A DNA stretch of 41,190 bases from an uncultured Bacteroidales bacterium (lineage in GTDB: Bacteria; Bacteroidota; Bacteroidia; Bacteroidales; Muribaculaceae): contig CANOUR010000012.1 in assembly GCA_947570265.1 (NCBI GenBank), positions 1-41,190 on the forward strand. Reading direction: 5' to 3'. Of this stretch, positions 6,931-15,996 are shown in pieces. The stretch's first letter is position 1, and each line of letters starts with the position of its first letter. The notes beneath the pieces are model-generated. The model searched no databases and was not told the DNA's origin. It was given only the letters and a program-made list of their open reading frames with translations. The position numbers and the translations under genes were made by a program.

Positions 6931-9900
6931 TTATACTGTTTTACCGGTCTTTTCGCTTTCGAGCAGATCAATGTACTCAAAAGGCATGACCTTTATGAAT
7001 TGGTTGACATATGATGTCCAGTTGTCGAGCATTTTTGCGGCAAGCGGACTGCGGGTGTGCTTGTAGTGATTACCAATTAAGGTGTACAGTTCGCGGCTAT
7101 CTGCGGGATCTTCGACCAGTTGGAGCTCAACTGTCTGCAAATTGCAGAAGTAGTCGAAGTTGCCGTCTGGATTCCATACATAGGCAACTCCTCCGCTCAT
7201 GCCGGCTGCAAAATTTCGTCCGACAGGGCCGAGAACTACAGTGATTCCGTCGGTCATGTATTCGCAGCAGTGGTCGCCCACGCCTTCGACAACGGCTGTC
7301 GCTCCCGAATTGCGGACGCAGAATCGTTCGCCGACCTGTCCGTTTATGTAGACTTCGCCCGATGTGGCGCCGTAGAGGAGTGTATTGCCGGCTATAGTGT
7401 TGAGAGCCGGATCGAAATTAGATCCACGTGGCGGGCGTATGTAGATATGTCCGCCGGAGAGGCTTTTGCCAACGTAGTCGTTGGCTTCGCCCTCAAGGGT
7501 AAAGGTGATGCCGTGGGCCAGAAATGCGCCGAAGCTTTGTCCGGCAGATCCGCGGAATGTGCATCGGATTGTGTTGTCGGGCAGGCCTGCATCGCCATAT
7601 TTTTTCGCTATTGTTCCCGAGAGCATCGCACCGACCGACCTGTCGGTGTTGGCGATGGGAAAGTCGAGTTCGACAGGCATGGCATGCTCGATCGCCGGGA
7701 ATGAGCGACCGATGAGCTCGCGGTCGAGAACGTGCTCGATGTCATGACGTTGGCCAGTGGTGCGGCGGAGGCTTACATGTCCGTCATTGTCGGGCATGTG
7801 CAGCAGCCTAGAGAAATCGACATCGGGCATGTCATTGAATGCCTCCATTGGTTTGCGATGGAGCAGATCGGCGTGTCCGATGATCTCGTCGAGAGAGCGG
7901 AATCCGGCTTGAGCGAGATGACGGCGCACATCGCGGGCGATAAATCTGAAGTAATTGGCTACATATTCGGCTTTTCCGGCAAAACGGGCACGAAGAGCAG
8001 GATCTTGTGTGGCTATACCTCCGGGGCATGTGTTGACGTGGCATTGACGTGACATCATGCATCCGAGGACGATGAGAGCGCTTGTCGCGAATCCAAATTC
8101 CTCAGCGCCGAGCATGGCCATGATCATCACGTCGCGGCCTGTCTTGAGCTGGCCGTCGGCCTGAAGTGTGACGAGGCCACGCAATCCGTTGAGCACGAGT
8201 GTCTGCTGTGTCTCGGCCAGTCCGGTCTCAAGTGGCATGCCGGCGAATCTGATGGAACTTGTGGGTGATGCACCTGTGCCTCCGCTGCCTCCACTGATAA
8301 CGAGCAGGTCGGCTTTGGATTTGGCGACACCGGCTGCAATAGTGCCTACACCGCTCTCACTGACAAGCTTTACGCTGACAGTGGCTGACGGATTGATGTT
8401 TTTCAGGTCGAAAATCAGCTGAGCGAGATCTTCGATCGAATAAATATCGTGGTGGGGTGGGGGAGAAATGAGCGATATTCCCGGCTTGGATCGTCTGGTG
8501 CGCGCGATGATCTCGTCGACTTTGAATCCGGGGAGCTGTCCACCTTCACCAGGCTTTGCACCTTGTGCCACTTTTATCTGAAGTTCGTCGGCGTTGATCA
8601 GATATTCAGCCGTGACCCCGAAGCGTCCCGATGCCACCTGCTTGATGGCATTGCGAGAACTTGTGCCGTCGGCACGTGGTGTGAACCGTTCGCGGTCTTC
8701 TCCACCCTCTCCGGTGTTGGAGCGGGCGCCGATTGAGTTCATTGCTATAGCCAATGTCTCGTGGGCTTCGCGTGATATCGATCCGAACGACATTGCCCCG
8801 GTGACAAAGCGCCGTATGATATCACTCTCGCTTTCAACCTGATCGATGGGTATGGGTGTGCCTCGTTTCCAGTCGAGGAAATCGCGGATGAAAATCGGCT
8901 GCGGCTTGTCATCGACAAGCGATGCGAACTCAAGATATTTATCGAACGATCCGGTGCGTGTGGCCTGTTGCAGTGCTGCGATTGTTTTTGGAGTCCAGGC
9001 GTGTTGCTCTCCTTGTGGATGGAATGAATACTGACCGATGTGGCGCAGTGGAGCGGAGGCATCGAAATCAGGACTGTAGGCCTCGGCGTGGGCGGTCGAT
9101 ATAAGACGGTGTAGGTCATCGAGTGTGATGCCGCCGAGAGTGCTGTCTGTGTGGCCGAGATAGCGTTGCGCGATTGAGTTGCTTATGCCGAGCGCCTCGA
9201 ATAGTTGGGCGCCTTTGTAGGATGTTAGGGTCGATATACCCATCTTTGACATGATCTTCAGCAGACCTTTGTCGATGGCTTCGACGTAGTGGCGTACAGC
9301 TGTGTCATAGTCGAGCTGCACCTTCTTTTCATCAACGAGGCGGTGTATTACCGCGTAGGCCAGATAAGGGTTGACAGCATCAGCGCCATAGCCCGACAAG
9401 AGTGCGAAGTGCATCACCTCGCGGGCATCGGCAGTTTCTACTATAAGTGCTGCCTGAAGTCGTTTCTTGCAGTTGATCAGATGGTGGTGTACGGCCGACG
9501 TGGCAAGCAAAGAGGGTATGGGTGCGTGATCGGAATCGACGCTGCGGTCGGAGAGAACTATGTATGTCTGTCCGGCATCGATGGCATCCTCTACCTCTTT
9601 GCAGAGCCGGTCAATTGCTTCCTCCAGCGCGGTTGCGCCGTCGGATACGCGGTATACCATGGACACCTTGCGTGATGAAATGCCTTTGTATCTCAGATTG
9701 CACAGAATATCGAGCTCGCGGTTGGTGAGCACGGGGCGTTTCAGCTCGATCATCTTGCAGAGCGCGGGACTTGGCTCAAGCAGATTCATGTCGATCGATC
9801 CGATGTAGCTGTCGAGGCTCATCACGAGCGATTCGCGCAAAGGATCAATCGGAGGATTGGTTACCTGTGCGGAATGTTGACGGAAATAGTCGAAGAATGT

Positions 9901-11415
9901 CGGGTGCTGACGGCTGAAGATAGCAGGAGGAGTGTCGTTGCCCATGGCGTTGACAGGTTCGTCGGCATCAATGACCATGGGGGTGATTTCGCATTCGATC
10001 TCCTCGTTGTGATATGCGAATGCGTGCAGACGTCGCTCGAAGTCGTTGACGCGATGCTCGACGCGTCGTCCTGAGTCGATTTTGTCGAGTTGTATGCGGT
10101 TGAGACCTATCCAGTCGCGGTAGGGGTACTCACCGGCAAGTGTGGCCATCAGTTCGTCGTCATGGAGAATGACGCCCTGCTGCATGTCGACCATCATCAT
10201 TTTTCCAGGGTTGAGACGGCCTTTCTGCTTTATTTCCGACGGATCGAAAGGCAGCACACCGCTTTCCGAAGCGATTACGATAGTATCGTTGTTGGTGACG
10301 AGCCATCGTGCGGGTCTGAGTCCGTTTCTGTCAAGCATGCCTCCGGCAAACCTACCGTCACTGAACAATAGTGTGGCCGGGCCGTCCCATGCTTCCATCA
10401 TTATCGAATGATATTCGTAGAACGCTTTAAGCTCGGGTGAGATCGGATTTTTTTCGTTGATGCTCTCGGGAATGAGCATTGCAAGCGCATGTGACGGACT
10501 CATGCCGGTCATCACGAAGTATTCGAGCATATTGTCGAGTGATGCGCTGTCGCTCATGTCGGGTTGCAGGATCGGCGAGACATCGTTGCCGTTGAAATTT
10601 GAAGGTCTGAGCATACATTCCCTTGCTTTCATCCAAAGCCGGTTGCCACGAATTGTGTTTATCTCACCATTGTGGCCGAGCATGCGGAATGGTTGTGCGA
10701 GAGCCCAGGATGGGAATGTATTGGTGGAGAACCGTGAGTGAACCAGCGCCATTCCTGTCGTGAAGTGTGGATTCATCAGGTCAGGATAATAATATCGCAG
10801 CTGGAGCGATGAGAGCATGCCCTTATAGGTAATGGTCTTTGACGATAGGCTGACGATATAGAAATCGTCTCGTCCGGTTAGTCCCGGAATTGCTGCAATC
10901 CGCTTCTCGATAGATCGTCTCAGCAGATAAAGGCGCGTCTCGATAGGATCGGTCGAATTTTCGTCGGCCACGAAAATCTGTTTTATTACAGGTTCGGCAG
11001 AGCGTGCTACCGGGCCAAGCATGGAGTTGTTGACCGGGACATCGCGCATGGCTATCATCGACAATCCGGCGTCGATGACTTCACGCTCTATAAGATCGAG
11101 GATCAGCGAGCGGCTCACTTCGTCACGTGGCAGAAAAAGCAGACCTGTGCCGTAGCGTCCTTTTTCGGGCACAGGAATGCCTTGCAGGAGTATGAACTCG
11201 TGCGGTATCTGCACCATTATCCCGGCACCGTCGCCGGTGTCAGGATCGGCACCTTCGGCGCCGCGGTGCACCATGTGCTCGAGCACCTGCAGGCCTTTCT
11301 CTACAAGTTTATGCGACTTTACGCCATGTATATTGGCCAAGAGTCCGACACCACAGGCGTCGTGTTCGAAGATAGGGTTGTATAGTCCTTTTGCGGCGGG
11401 ATAGTTGTTTGTCAT
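6931..11415 (-). CDS. gltB: Glutamate synthase large subunit
   Basis: EHDACGVGLLANIHGVKSHKLVEKGLQVLEHMVHRGAEGADPDTGDGAGIM (amidotransferase domain), the FMN/GltS central domain and a C-terminal GXGXG domain. The listed ORF start at 11622 overlaps glnN. The likely start is ATG at 11415 (MTNNYPAAKGLYNPIFEHDACGVG). Confidence 0.9.
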   Translation of the reverse strand: MTNNYPAAKGLYNPIFEHDACGVGLLANIHGVKSHKLVEKGLQVLEHMVHRGAEGADPDTGDGAGIMVQIPHEFILLQGIPVPEKGRYGTGLLFLPRDEVSRSLILDLIEREVIDAGLSMIAMRDVPVNNSMLGPVARSAEPVIKQIFVADENSTDPIETRLYLLRRSIEKRIAAIPGLTGRDDFYIVSLSSKTITYKGMLSSLQLRYYYPDLMNPHFTTGMALVHSRFSTNTFPSWALAQPFRMLGHNGEINTIRGNRLWMKARECMLRPSNFNGNDVSPILQPDMSDSASLDNMLEYFVMTGMSPSHALAMLIPESINEKNPISPELKAFYEYHSIMMEAWDGPATLLFSDGRFAGGMLDRNGLRPARWLVTNNDTIVIASESGVLPFDPSEIKQKGRLNPGKMMMVDMQQGVILHDDELMATLAGEYPYRDWIGLNRIQLDKIDSGRRVEHRVNDFERRLHAFAYHNEEIECEITPMVIDADEPVNAMGNDTPPAIFSRQHPTFFDYFRQHSAQVTNPPIDPLRESLVMSLDSYIGSIDMNLLEPSPALCKMIELKRPVLTNRELDILCNLRYKGISSRKVSMVYRVSDGATALEEAIDRLCKEVEDAIDAGQTYIVLSDRSVDSDHAPIPSLLATSAVHHHLINCKKRLQAALIVETADAREVMHFALLSGYGADAVNPYLAYAVIHRLVDEKKVQLDYDTAVRHYVEAIDKGLLKIMSKMGISTLTSYKGAQLFEALGISNSIAQRYLGHTDSTLGGITLDDLHRLISTAHAEAYSPDFDASAPLRHIGQYSFHPQGEQHAWTPKTIAALQQATRTGSFDKYLEFASLVDDKPQPIFIRDFLDWKRGTPIPIDQVESESDIIRRFVTGAMSFGSISREAHETLAIAMNSIGARSNTGEGGEDRERFTPRADGTSSRNAIKQVASGRFGVTAEYLINADELQIKVAQGAKPGEGGQLPGFKVDEIIARTRRSKPGISLISPPPHHDIYSIEDLAQLIFDLKNINPSATVSVKLVSESGVGTIAAGVAKSKADLLVISGGSGGTGASPTSSIRFAGMPLETGLAETQQTLVLNGLRGLVTLQADGQLKTGRDVMIMAMLGAEEFGFATSALIVLGCMMSRQCHVNTCPGGIATQDPALRARFAGKAEYVANYFRFIARDVRRHLAQAGFRSLDEIIGHADLLHRKPMEAFNDMPDVDFSRLLHMPDNDGHVSLRRTTGQRHDIEHVLDRELIGRSFPAIEHAMPVELDFPIANTDRSVGAMLSGTIAKKYGDAGLPDNTIRCTFRGSAGQSFGAFLAHGITFTLEGEANDYVGKSLSGGHIYIRPPRGSNFDPALNTIAGNTLLYGATSGEVYINGQVGERFCVRNSGATAVVEGVGDHCCEYMTDGITVVLGPVGRNFAAGMSGGVAYVWNPDGNFDYFCNLQTVELQLVEDPADSRELYTLIGNHYKHTRSPLAAKMLDNWTSYVNQFIKVMPFEYIDLLESEKTGKTV

Positions 11416-11446
11416 GATTTTAGATTTTTGGTAGGCGCGGGATGTC

Positions 11447-13642
11447 TCATCTGATGAAAAGCAGCTCGCGGTATTTCGGCAGAGGCCACATTTCGTTGTC
11501 GACAAGAAGCTCGAGTTTGTCGATGTGGTGACGTATCGTCTCGAGACATGGAGCGACGGTGTCGTGGTATGCAATGGCTTTTTCGCGTTCGTTTTCAATG
11601 ACGTTTGCAGCTTTTCGGGCATTGACCATTCGTGTCACTTCATCGACGATTGTCTTGTTGTGGTGTGCGATGCGTTGGATAGTCGAACGGTCGGTTGATG
11701 TCATTTCCTCTCCGAGACCATTCTTGAAAAGTTTCTGCATTTTGTAGACGTTGTCGAGAAGCACCTGCAGGTAGCGGCTTGCAACGGGTACGATATGGTT
11801 GATTGCGAGGTCGCCGAGCACGCGTGCTTCGATCTGTATCTTTTTGGTGTACATCTCCCACTTTACTTCGTTGCGTGCCATAAGCTCACGTTCGGTGAAT
11901 ACGCCTGTTGAGGTGAACATGCTGATTGATTCAGGCCGAAGATAGGCGTCGAAGATTACCGGCACGTTTGTCTCGCAGTCGAGGCCACGGCGGGCGGCTT
12001 CGGCTTTCCATTCGTCGCTGTAGCCGTTGCCGTCGAAATGTATGGGTCGGCTCTGGCGTATTAGTGATTTGAGTTCGGCGAATATGGCATGTGTGAGTTG
12101 TTGCCCGGAATCAAGACGGCTGTCCACCGCCTGCTTGAAATTGGTGAGCTGTTCGGCCACGGCCGCATTTAGAGCGATCATTGCCGATGCGCAGTTGGCC
12201 GATGAGCCGACGGCGCGGAATTCAAAGCGGTTGCCGGTGAATGCGAATGGTGATGTGCGGTTGCGGTCGGTGTTGTCGATGAGCAGTTCGGGAATCTGTG
12301 CGACATTGATGCTTACGCTCTGTTTGTCGCCGGCAACCATGCGCACCATCTCATCCATGTCGCCCGATTCAATGCGGTCGAGAATTTCAGCGAGTTTGCT
12401 GCCCGTGAAAATTGATATTATGGCCGGAGGCGCTTCGTTGGCTCCAAGTCGGTGGGCGTTTGTCGCTGACATGATGGAGGCTTTCAGAAGACCGTTGTGA
12501 CGATGCACGGCAGCCATTATGTTTACCACAAATGTGATGAACTGCAGATTGCCCATCGGAGTCTTTGACGGGGCTACGAGCAAAGTGCCTGTGTCAGTGC
12601 CGAGGCTCCAGTTGTTGTGTTTGCCCGATCCGTTTATTCCGGCAAATGGTTTCTCATGGAGCAGTACGCGGAAGTTGTGACGGCGTGCCACCTCGTTGAT
12701 CAGCGACATGAGCAGCATGTTGTGGTCATTGGCCAGATTGGTTTCCTCGAATATAGGCGCGAGCTCAAACTGATTTGGCGCTACTTCGTTGTGGCGTGTC
12801 TTGGCCGGTATGCCGAGGCGGTGGCATTCGATTTCGAGATCGAGCATGAACGCTTCGACACGCGATGGTATAGCTCCGAAATAATGATCTTCGAGCTGTT
12901 GGTTTTTAGCGCTCTCATGTCCCATGAGCGTGCGTCCTGTCAGCACGAGATCGGGTCGTGCGGAGTACAGTGCTTCGTCAACAAGAAAATATTCCTGTTC
13001 CCAGCCAAGATATGAATAGACATGGTTGACGCGCGGATCGAAATACCGGGCTACGCCAGTCGCGGCTTTGTCTATCGCCGCAAGAGCGCGCAGCAGAGGT
13101 GTCTTGTAGTCGAGCGACTCGCCGGTGTAGGATATGAAAACTGTGGGTATACACAGTGTGTTGTCCATTATGAATACCGGCGAGGATATGTCCCATGCCG
13201 AATAGCCCCGCGCTTCGAATGTGTTGCGTATTCCACCGTTTGGAAACGATGATGCGTCAGGCTCTTGTTGCACAAGGAGTTTGCCGTCGAATGTCTCTAC
13301 GATGCCACCTTTGCCGTCATGTTCGACAAATCCATCGTGTTTTTCAGCGGTTGTCTCGGTGAGCGGCTGAAACCAATGGGTGTAGTGTCGCGCACCGTTG
13401 TCGATTGCCCACTGTTTCATGCCCTGTGCCACGCTGTCGGCGTATTGCCGCGGAAGGGGTTCTTTGTTCTCTATAGCGTTCACAAGCGAATCGAAAGTCT
13501 CGCGAGGCAGGTATTCAAACATTTTTTGACGGGTGAACACCTTGCAGGCATAGTAGGCGGCCGGACGTTCGGATGGTATCTCCACATGTACGGCTTTGCG
13601 GTTTGACGCTTCCTCAACGACCTTGAATCTTAATGTTGACAT
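11447..13642 (-). CDS. glnN: Glutamine synthetase type III (GSIII)
   Basis: 731 aa, the typical GSIII length. N-terminus MSTLRFKVVEE...FQPLTETTAEKHDGF with a GS catalytic core. Bacteroidetes-type GS. Confidence 0.9.
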   Translation of the reverse strand: MSTLRFKVVEEASNRKAVHVEIPSERPAAYYACKVFTRQKMFEYLPRETFDSLVNAIENKEPLPRQYADSVAQGMKQWAIDNGARHYTHWFQPLTETTAEKHDGFVEHDGKGGIVETFDGKLLVQQEPDASSFPNGGIRNTFEARGYSAWDISSPVFIMDNTLCIPTVFISYTGESLDYKTPLLRALAAIDKAATGVARYFDPRVNHVYSYLGWEQEYFLVDEALYSARPDLVLTGRTLMGHESAKNQQLEDHYFGAIPSRVEAFMLDLEIECHRLGIPAKTRHNEVAPNQFELAPIFEETNLANDHNMLLMSLINEVARRHNFRVLLHEKPFAGINGSGKHNNWSLGTDTGTLLVAPSKTPMGNLQFITFVVNIMAAVHRHNGLLKASIMSATNAHRLGANEAPPAIISIFTGSKLAEILDRIESGDMDEMVRMVAGDKQSVSINVAQIPELLIDNTDRNRTSPFAFTGNRFEFRAVGSSANCASAMIALNAAVAEQLTNFKQAVDSRLDSGQQLTHAIFAELKSLIRQSRPIHFDGNGYSDEWKAEAARRGLDCETNVPVIFDAYLRPESISMFTSTGVFTERELMARNEVKWEMYTKKIQIEARVLGDLAINHIVPVASRYLQVLLDNVYKMQKLFKNGLGEEMTSTDRSTIQRIAHHNKTIVDEVTRMVNARKAANVIENEREKAIAYHDTVAPCLETIRHHIDKLELLVDNEMWPLPKYRELLFIR

Positions 13643-13702
13643 GTCTGTGGTAGTAGTATATGTGTAAAATATGTTGTTATGAGATTGTAGATGCGTCGTA
13701 GA

Positions 13703-14935
13703 TTACATTTTAAGATCATGGATGCGCTTTACCGCCTCGATAGTGGCTTCATGGGTGTTGAACGCCGTAAGGCGGAAATAGCCTTCACCCGACGGACCGA
13801 ATCCAACACCTGGTGTGCCGGCTACAAGGCATTCGTTGAGCAGTTTGTCAAAGAACTGCCATGACGTGATGCCTTCCGGAGTTTTCAGCCATATGTAGGG
13901 GGAGTTGACACCGCCGACAGCCATGATTCCTTGCTGTCGCAGACCGTTGAGAAGCAGTGATGCGTTGCGCATGTAGTATGCCACATTTTCTGCGACCTGC
14001 TGCCGTCCTTCGGGTGTGTAGAGCGCTTCGGCGGCCCGCTGAATGACATAGCTCGCACCGTTGAACTTTGTGGTCTGACGTCGATTCCACAGATGGTTGA
14101 GTGACACGCGCTCACCTTTAGAGTCGACTCCGTAGAGATCTTTGGGGACAACTGTGTAGCCGCAGCGGAGTCCGGTGAATCCTGCGGTCTTTGAGAAGCT
14201 GCGGAACTCGATTGCACAGCGGCGCGCACCTTCGATCTCGAAAATCGAGTGTGGCACATCAGTCTCGGTTATATAGGCTTCGTAGGCTGCATCGAACAGT
14301 ATGAGCGAACCGTGTTCGAGCGCATAATCGACCCATTGCTTCAGCTGTGTGCGTGTGAGCGTGGTGCCTGTGGGGTTGTTGGGATAGCATAGATATATCA
14401 CATCGGGGTTACCTGACGGAAGTGCGGGTATGAAATTGTTGTCAGCGGTGCAAGGAAGGTATTCGATGCCGCTCCATCGCCCGTCTGCTCCGAGTTCTCC
14501 CGCGCGACCGGCCATGACATTGGTGTCGATGTAGACTGGGTATACCGGATCAGTGACGGCGATTTTGTCGGATATCGACAGAATATCGCCTATGTTGCCA
14601 GAGTCGCTTTTGGCGCCGTCGCTGACAAAAATCTCGTCGGCTGAAATCTCAATGCCGCGTGCACGGAAATCAATGTCGGCGATGCGCTCGGTGAGGAAGG
14701 GATAACCTTGCTCGGGTCCATAGCCGTGGAAACGTTCGGCGCAGGCCTGATCGTCGGCAGCGCGGTGAAGGGCTTCGATAGCAGCAGGACAGATGGGACG
14801 TGTGACGTCGCCGATGCCCATGCGTATTATCTCTTTATCGGGATGTTCTTCCTTGAATTTGGCAAGGCGTCGCGCCACTTCTGAAAAAAGGTAACTGGCA
14901 GGTAGTTTGCAGAAATTATCGTTGATCTTGAACAT
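13703..14935 (-). CDS. dapL: LL-diaminopimelate aminotransferase
   Basis: [47 protein letters not shown] matches the DapL N-terminus. PLP aminotransferase with Lys motif ([10 protein letters not shown]). Confidence 0.9.
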   Translation of the reverse strand: MFKINDNFCKLPASYLFSEVARRLAKFKEEHPDKEIIRMGIGDVTRPICPAAIEALHRAADDQACAERFHGYGPEQGYPFLTERIADIDFRARGIEISADEIFVSDGAKSDSGNIGDILSISDKIAVTDPVYPVYIDTNVMAGRAGELGADGRWSGIEYLPCTADNNFIPALPSGNPDVIYLCYPNNPTGTTLTRTQLKQWVDYALEHGSLILFDAAYEAYITETDVPHSIFEIEGARRCAIEFRSFSKTAGFTGLRCGYTVVPKDLYGVDSKGERVSLNHLWNRRQTTKFNGASYVIQRAAEALYTPEGRQQVAENVAYYMRNASLLLNGLRQQGIMAVGGVNSPYIWLKTPEGITSWQFFDKLLNECLVAGTPGVGFGPSGEGYFRLTAFNTHEATIEAVKRIHDLKM

Positions 14936-14962
14936 GATTGTCGTGTTGATGTGTCTGTGTTG

Positions 14963-15829
14963 TTATCTTTGATTACGGCGATTATATACGCCCTCGAACA
15001 CTGTTGTGGCCGGGCCGGTCATCATCACGTGACCGTTTTCAGACCATGTGATGGCGAGGTCGCCGCCGAGCAGATGGACAGTCGATGATTTGCCGGCACG
15101 TCCTGTGATTGCTGCGGCCACCGCCACAGCACATGCTCCGGTTCCACAAGCCATCGTCTCGCCGCTTCCACGCTCCCACACTCTCATTTTGAGAGACCCG
15201 TCGGGTTGTGGTTCGACAAATTCGATGTTTGCCCGGTCGGGCCACATCGGGTGAATTTCGAGTTCGCGACCGATACTGTGGACGTCTATTTTCGATAGGT
15301 CATCGACGAACACAACCCCATGAGGGTTGCCCATTGATACGGCTGTGAGCCTGAATGTGCCGTGAGACGTGGTGACTTCGCGGTCAATGAATGATGTTTC
15401 GTCGCATCTGACGGGAACTGCGATGGCGTCGGTGACCGGCTCGCCCATGTCGACTGTCACACTGCTCACTTTCCCGTCAGGCCCGGTGGTCATTTCAAGG
15501 GTTTTAACGCCTGAACGGGTGTCGACTGTCAGATGCAGGCTGTCGGCTATGCCTTTGTCGTGGACATATTTCCCGACACAGCGTATGCCGTTGCCACACA
15601 TCATGGCCTCGCTGCCGTCGGCATTGAATATGCGCATCATGCAGTCCGCCTTGTCACTTGGAAGAATGAGAATGATGCCATCGCCGCCAATGCCGGTGTG
15701 CCGGTCGCTCATCTCTATGGCCAGAGCCTCGAGGTCGTCGGGTGTCGATTGCATGCAGTTGATATAAATGTAGTCGTTTCCCAGTCCGTGCATTTTTGTG
15801 AACAGGATCTCAGCGCTGTCGTGGCTCAT
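14963..15829 (-). CDS. dapF: Diaminopimelate epimerase
   Basis: FTKMHGLGNDYIYI; two catalytic Cys (MMCGNGIRCVGKYV ... ETMACGTGACAVA); 288 aa. Confidence 0.9.
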   Translation of the reverse strand: MSHDSAEILFTKMHGLGNDYIYINCMQSTPDDLEALAIEMSDRHTGIGGDGIILILPSDKADCMMRIFNADGSEAMMCGNGIRCVGKYVHDKGIADSLHLTVDTRSGVKTLEMTTGPDGKVSSVTVDMGEPVTDAIAVPVRCDETSFIDREVTTSHGTFRLTAVSMGNPHGVVFVDDLSKIDVHSIGRELEIHPMWPDRANIEFVEPQPDGSLKMRVWERGSGETMACGTGACAVAVAAAITGRAGKSSTVHLLGGDLAITWSENGHVMMTGPATTVFEGVYNRRNQR

Positions 15830-15959
15830 ATACAGTTGATTTTAATATTTGTGTGATGACATGTTCACCACAGTGCAAATTTAAGCATTTTCCCACTTTC
15901 GACAACGTGGTCATGGCCTTTTTTCTGGCGGTCTATGTGGTGTTCTATCGTTAAAAATC

Positions 15960-15967
15960 ATTACTTT
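15960..15967 (+). promoter_or_regulatory. Bacteroidetes sigma-A -7 box (TAnnTTTG) upstream of the histidine kinase
   Basis: TACTTTTG lies about 30 nt upstream of the ATG at 15997. This also argues against the TTG start at 15967 listed in the ORF track. Confidence 0.45.
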
Positions 15968-15996
15968 TGCCATCATCAATCGAGATAGCTGAAATT

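Noticed and set aside
7120-7704. Plus-strand ORFs of 60-194 aa across 5000-15900 (e.g. 7120..7704, 12027..12500, 12617..13015)
   Set aside because: All are antisense to long, confidently identified minus-strand genes (purF-like, gltB, glnN, dapL, dapF). None has domain-like sequence.
11416-11622. Upstream 69-codon extension of gltB from the ORF track (start at 11622)
   Set aside because: It overlaps the glnN coding region, and the extension (MPEKLQTSLKTNAKK...) is not GltB-like. The ATG at 11415 gives a canonical N-terminus followed by the Cys nucleophile.
15967-15996. TTG start for histidine kinase; TTG start 20800 for kbl; start 18210 for protease; 26552 for MFS; 34691 for dprA; 35032 for thioesterase; 39133 for recX
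   Set aside because: Downstream ATGs give proper signal peptides or canonical N-termini and/or ATGA overlaps. The upstream extensions are Arg-rich or overlap neighbouring genes or promoter elements.
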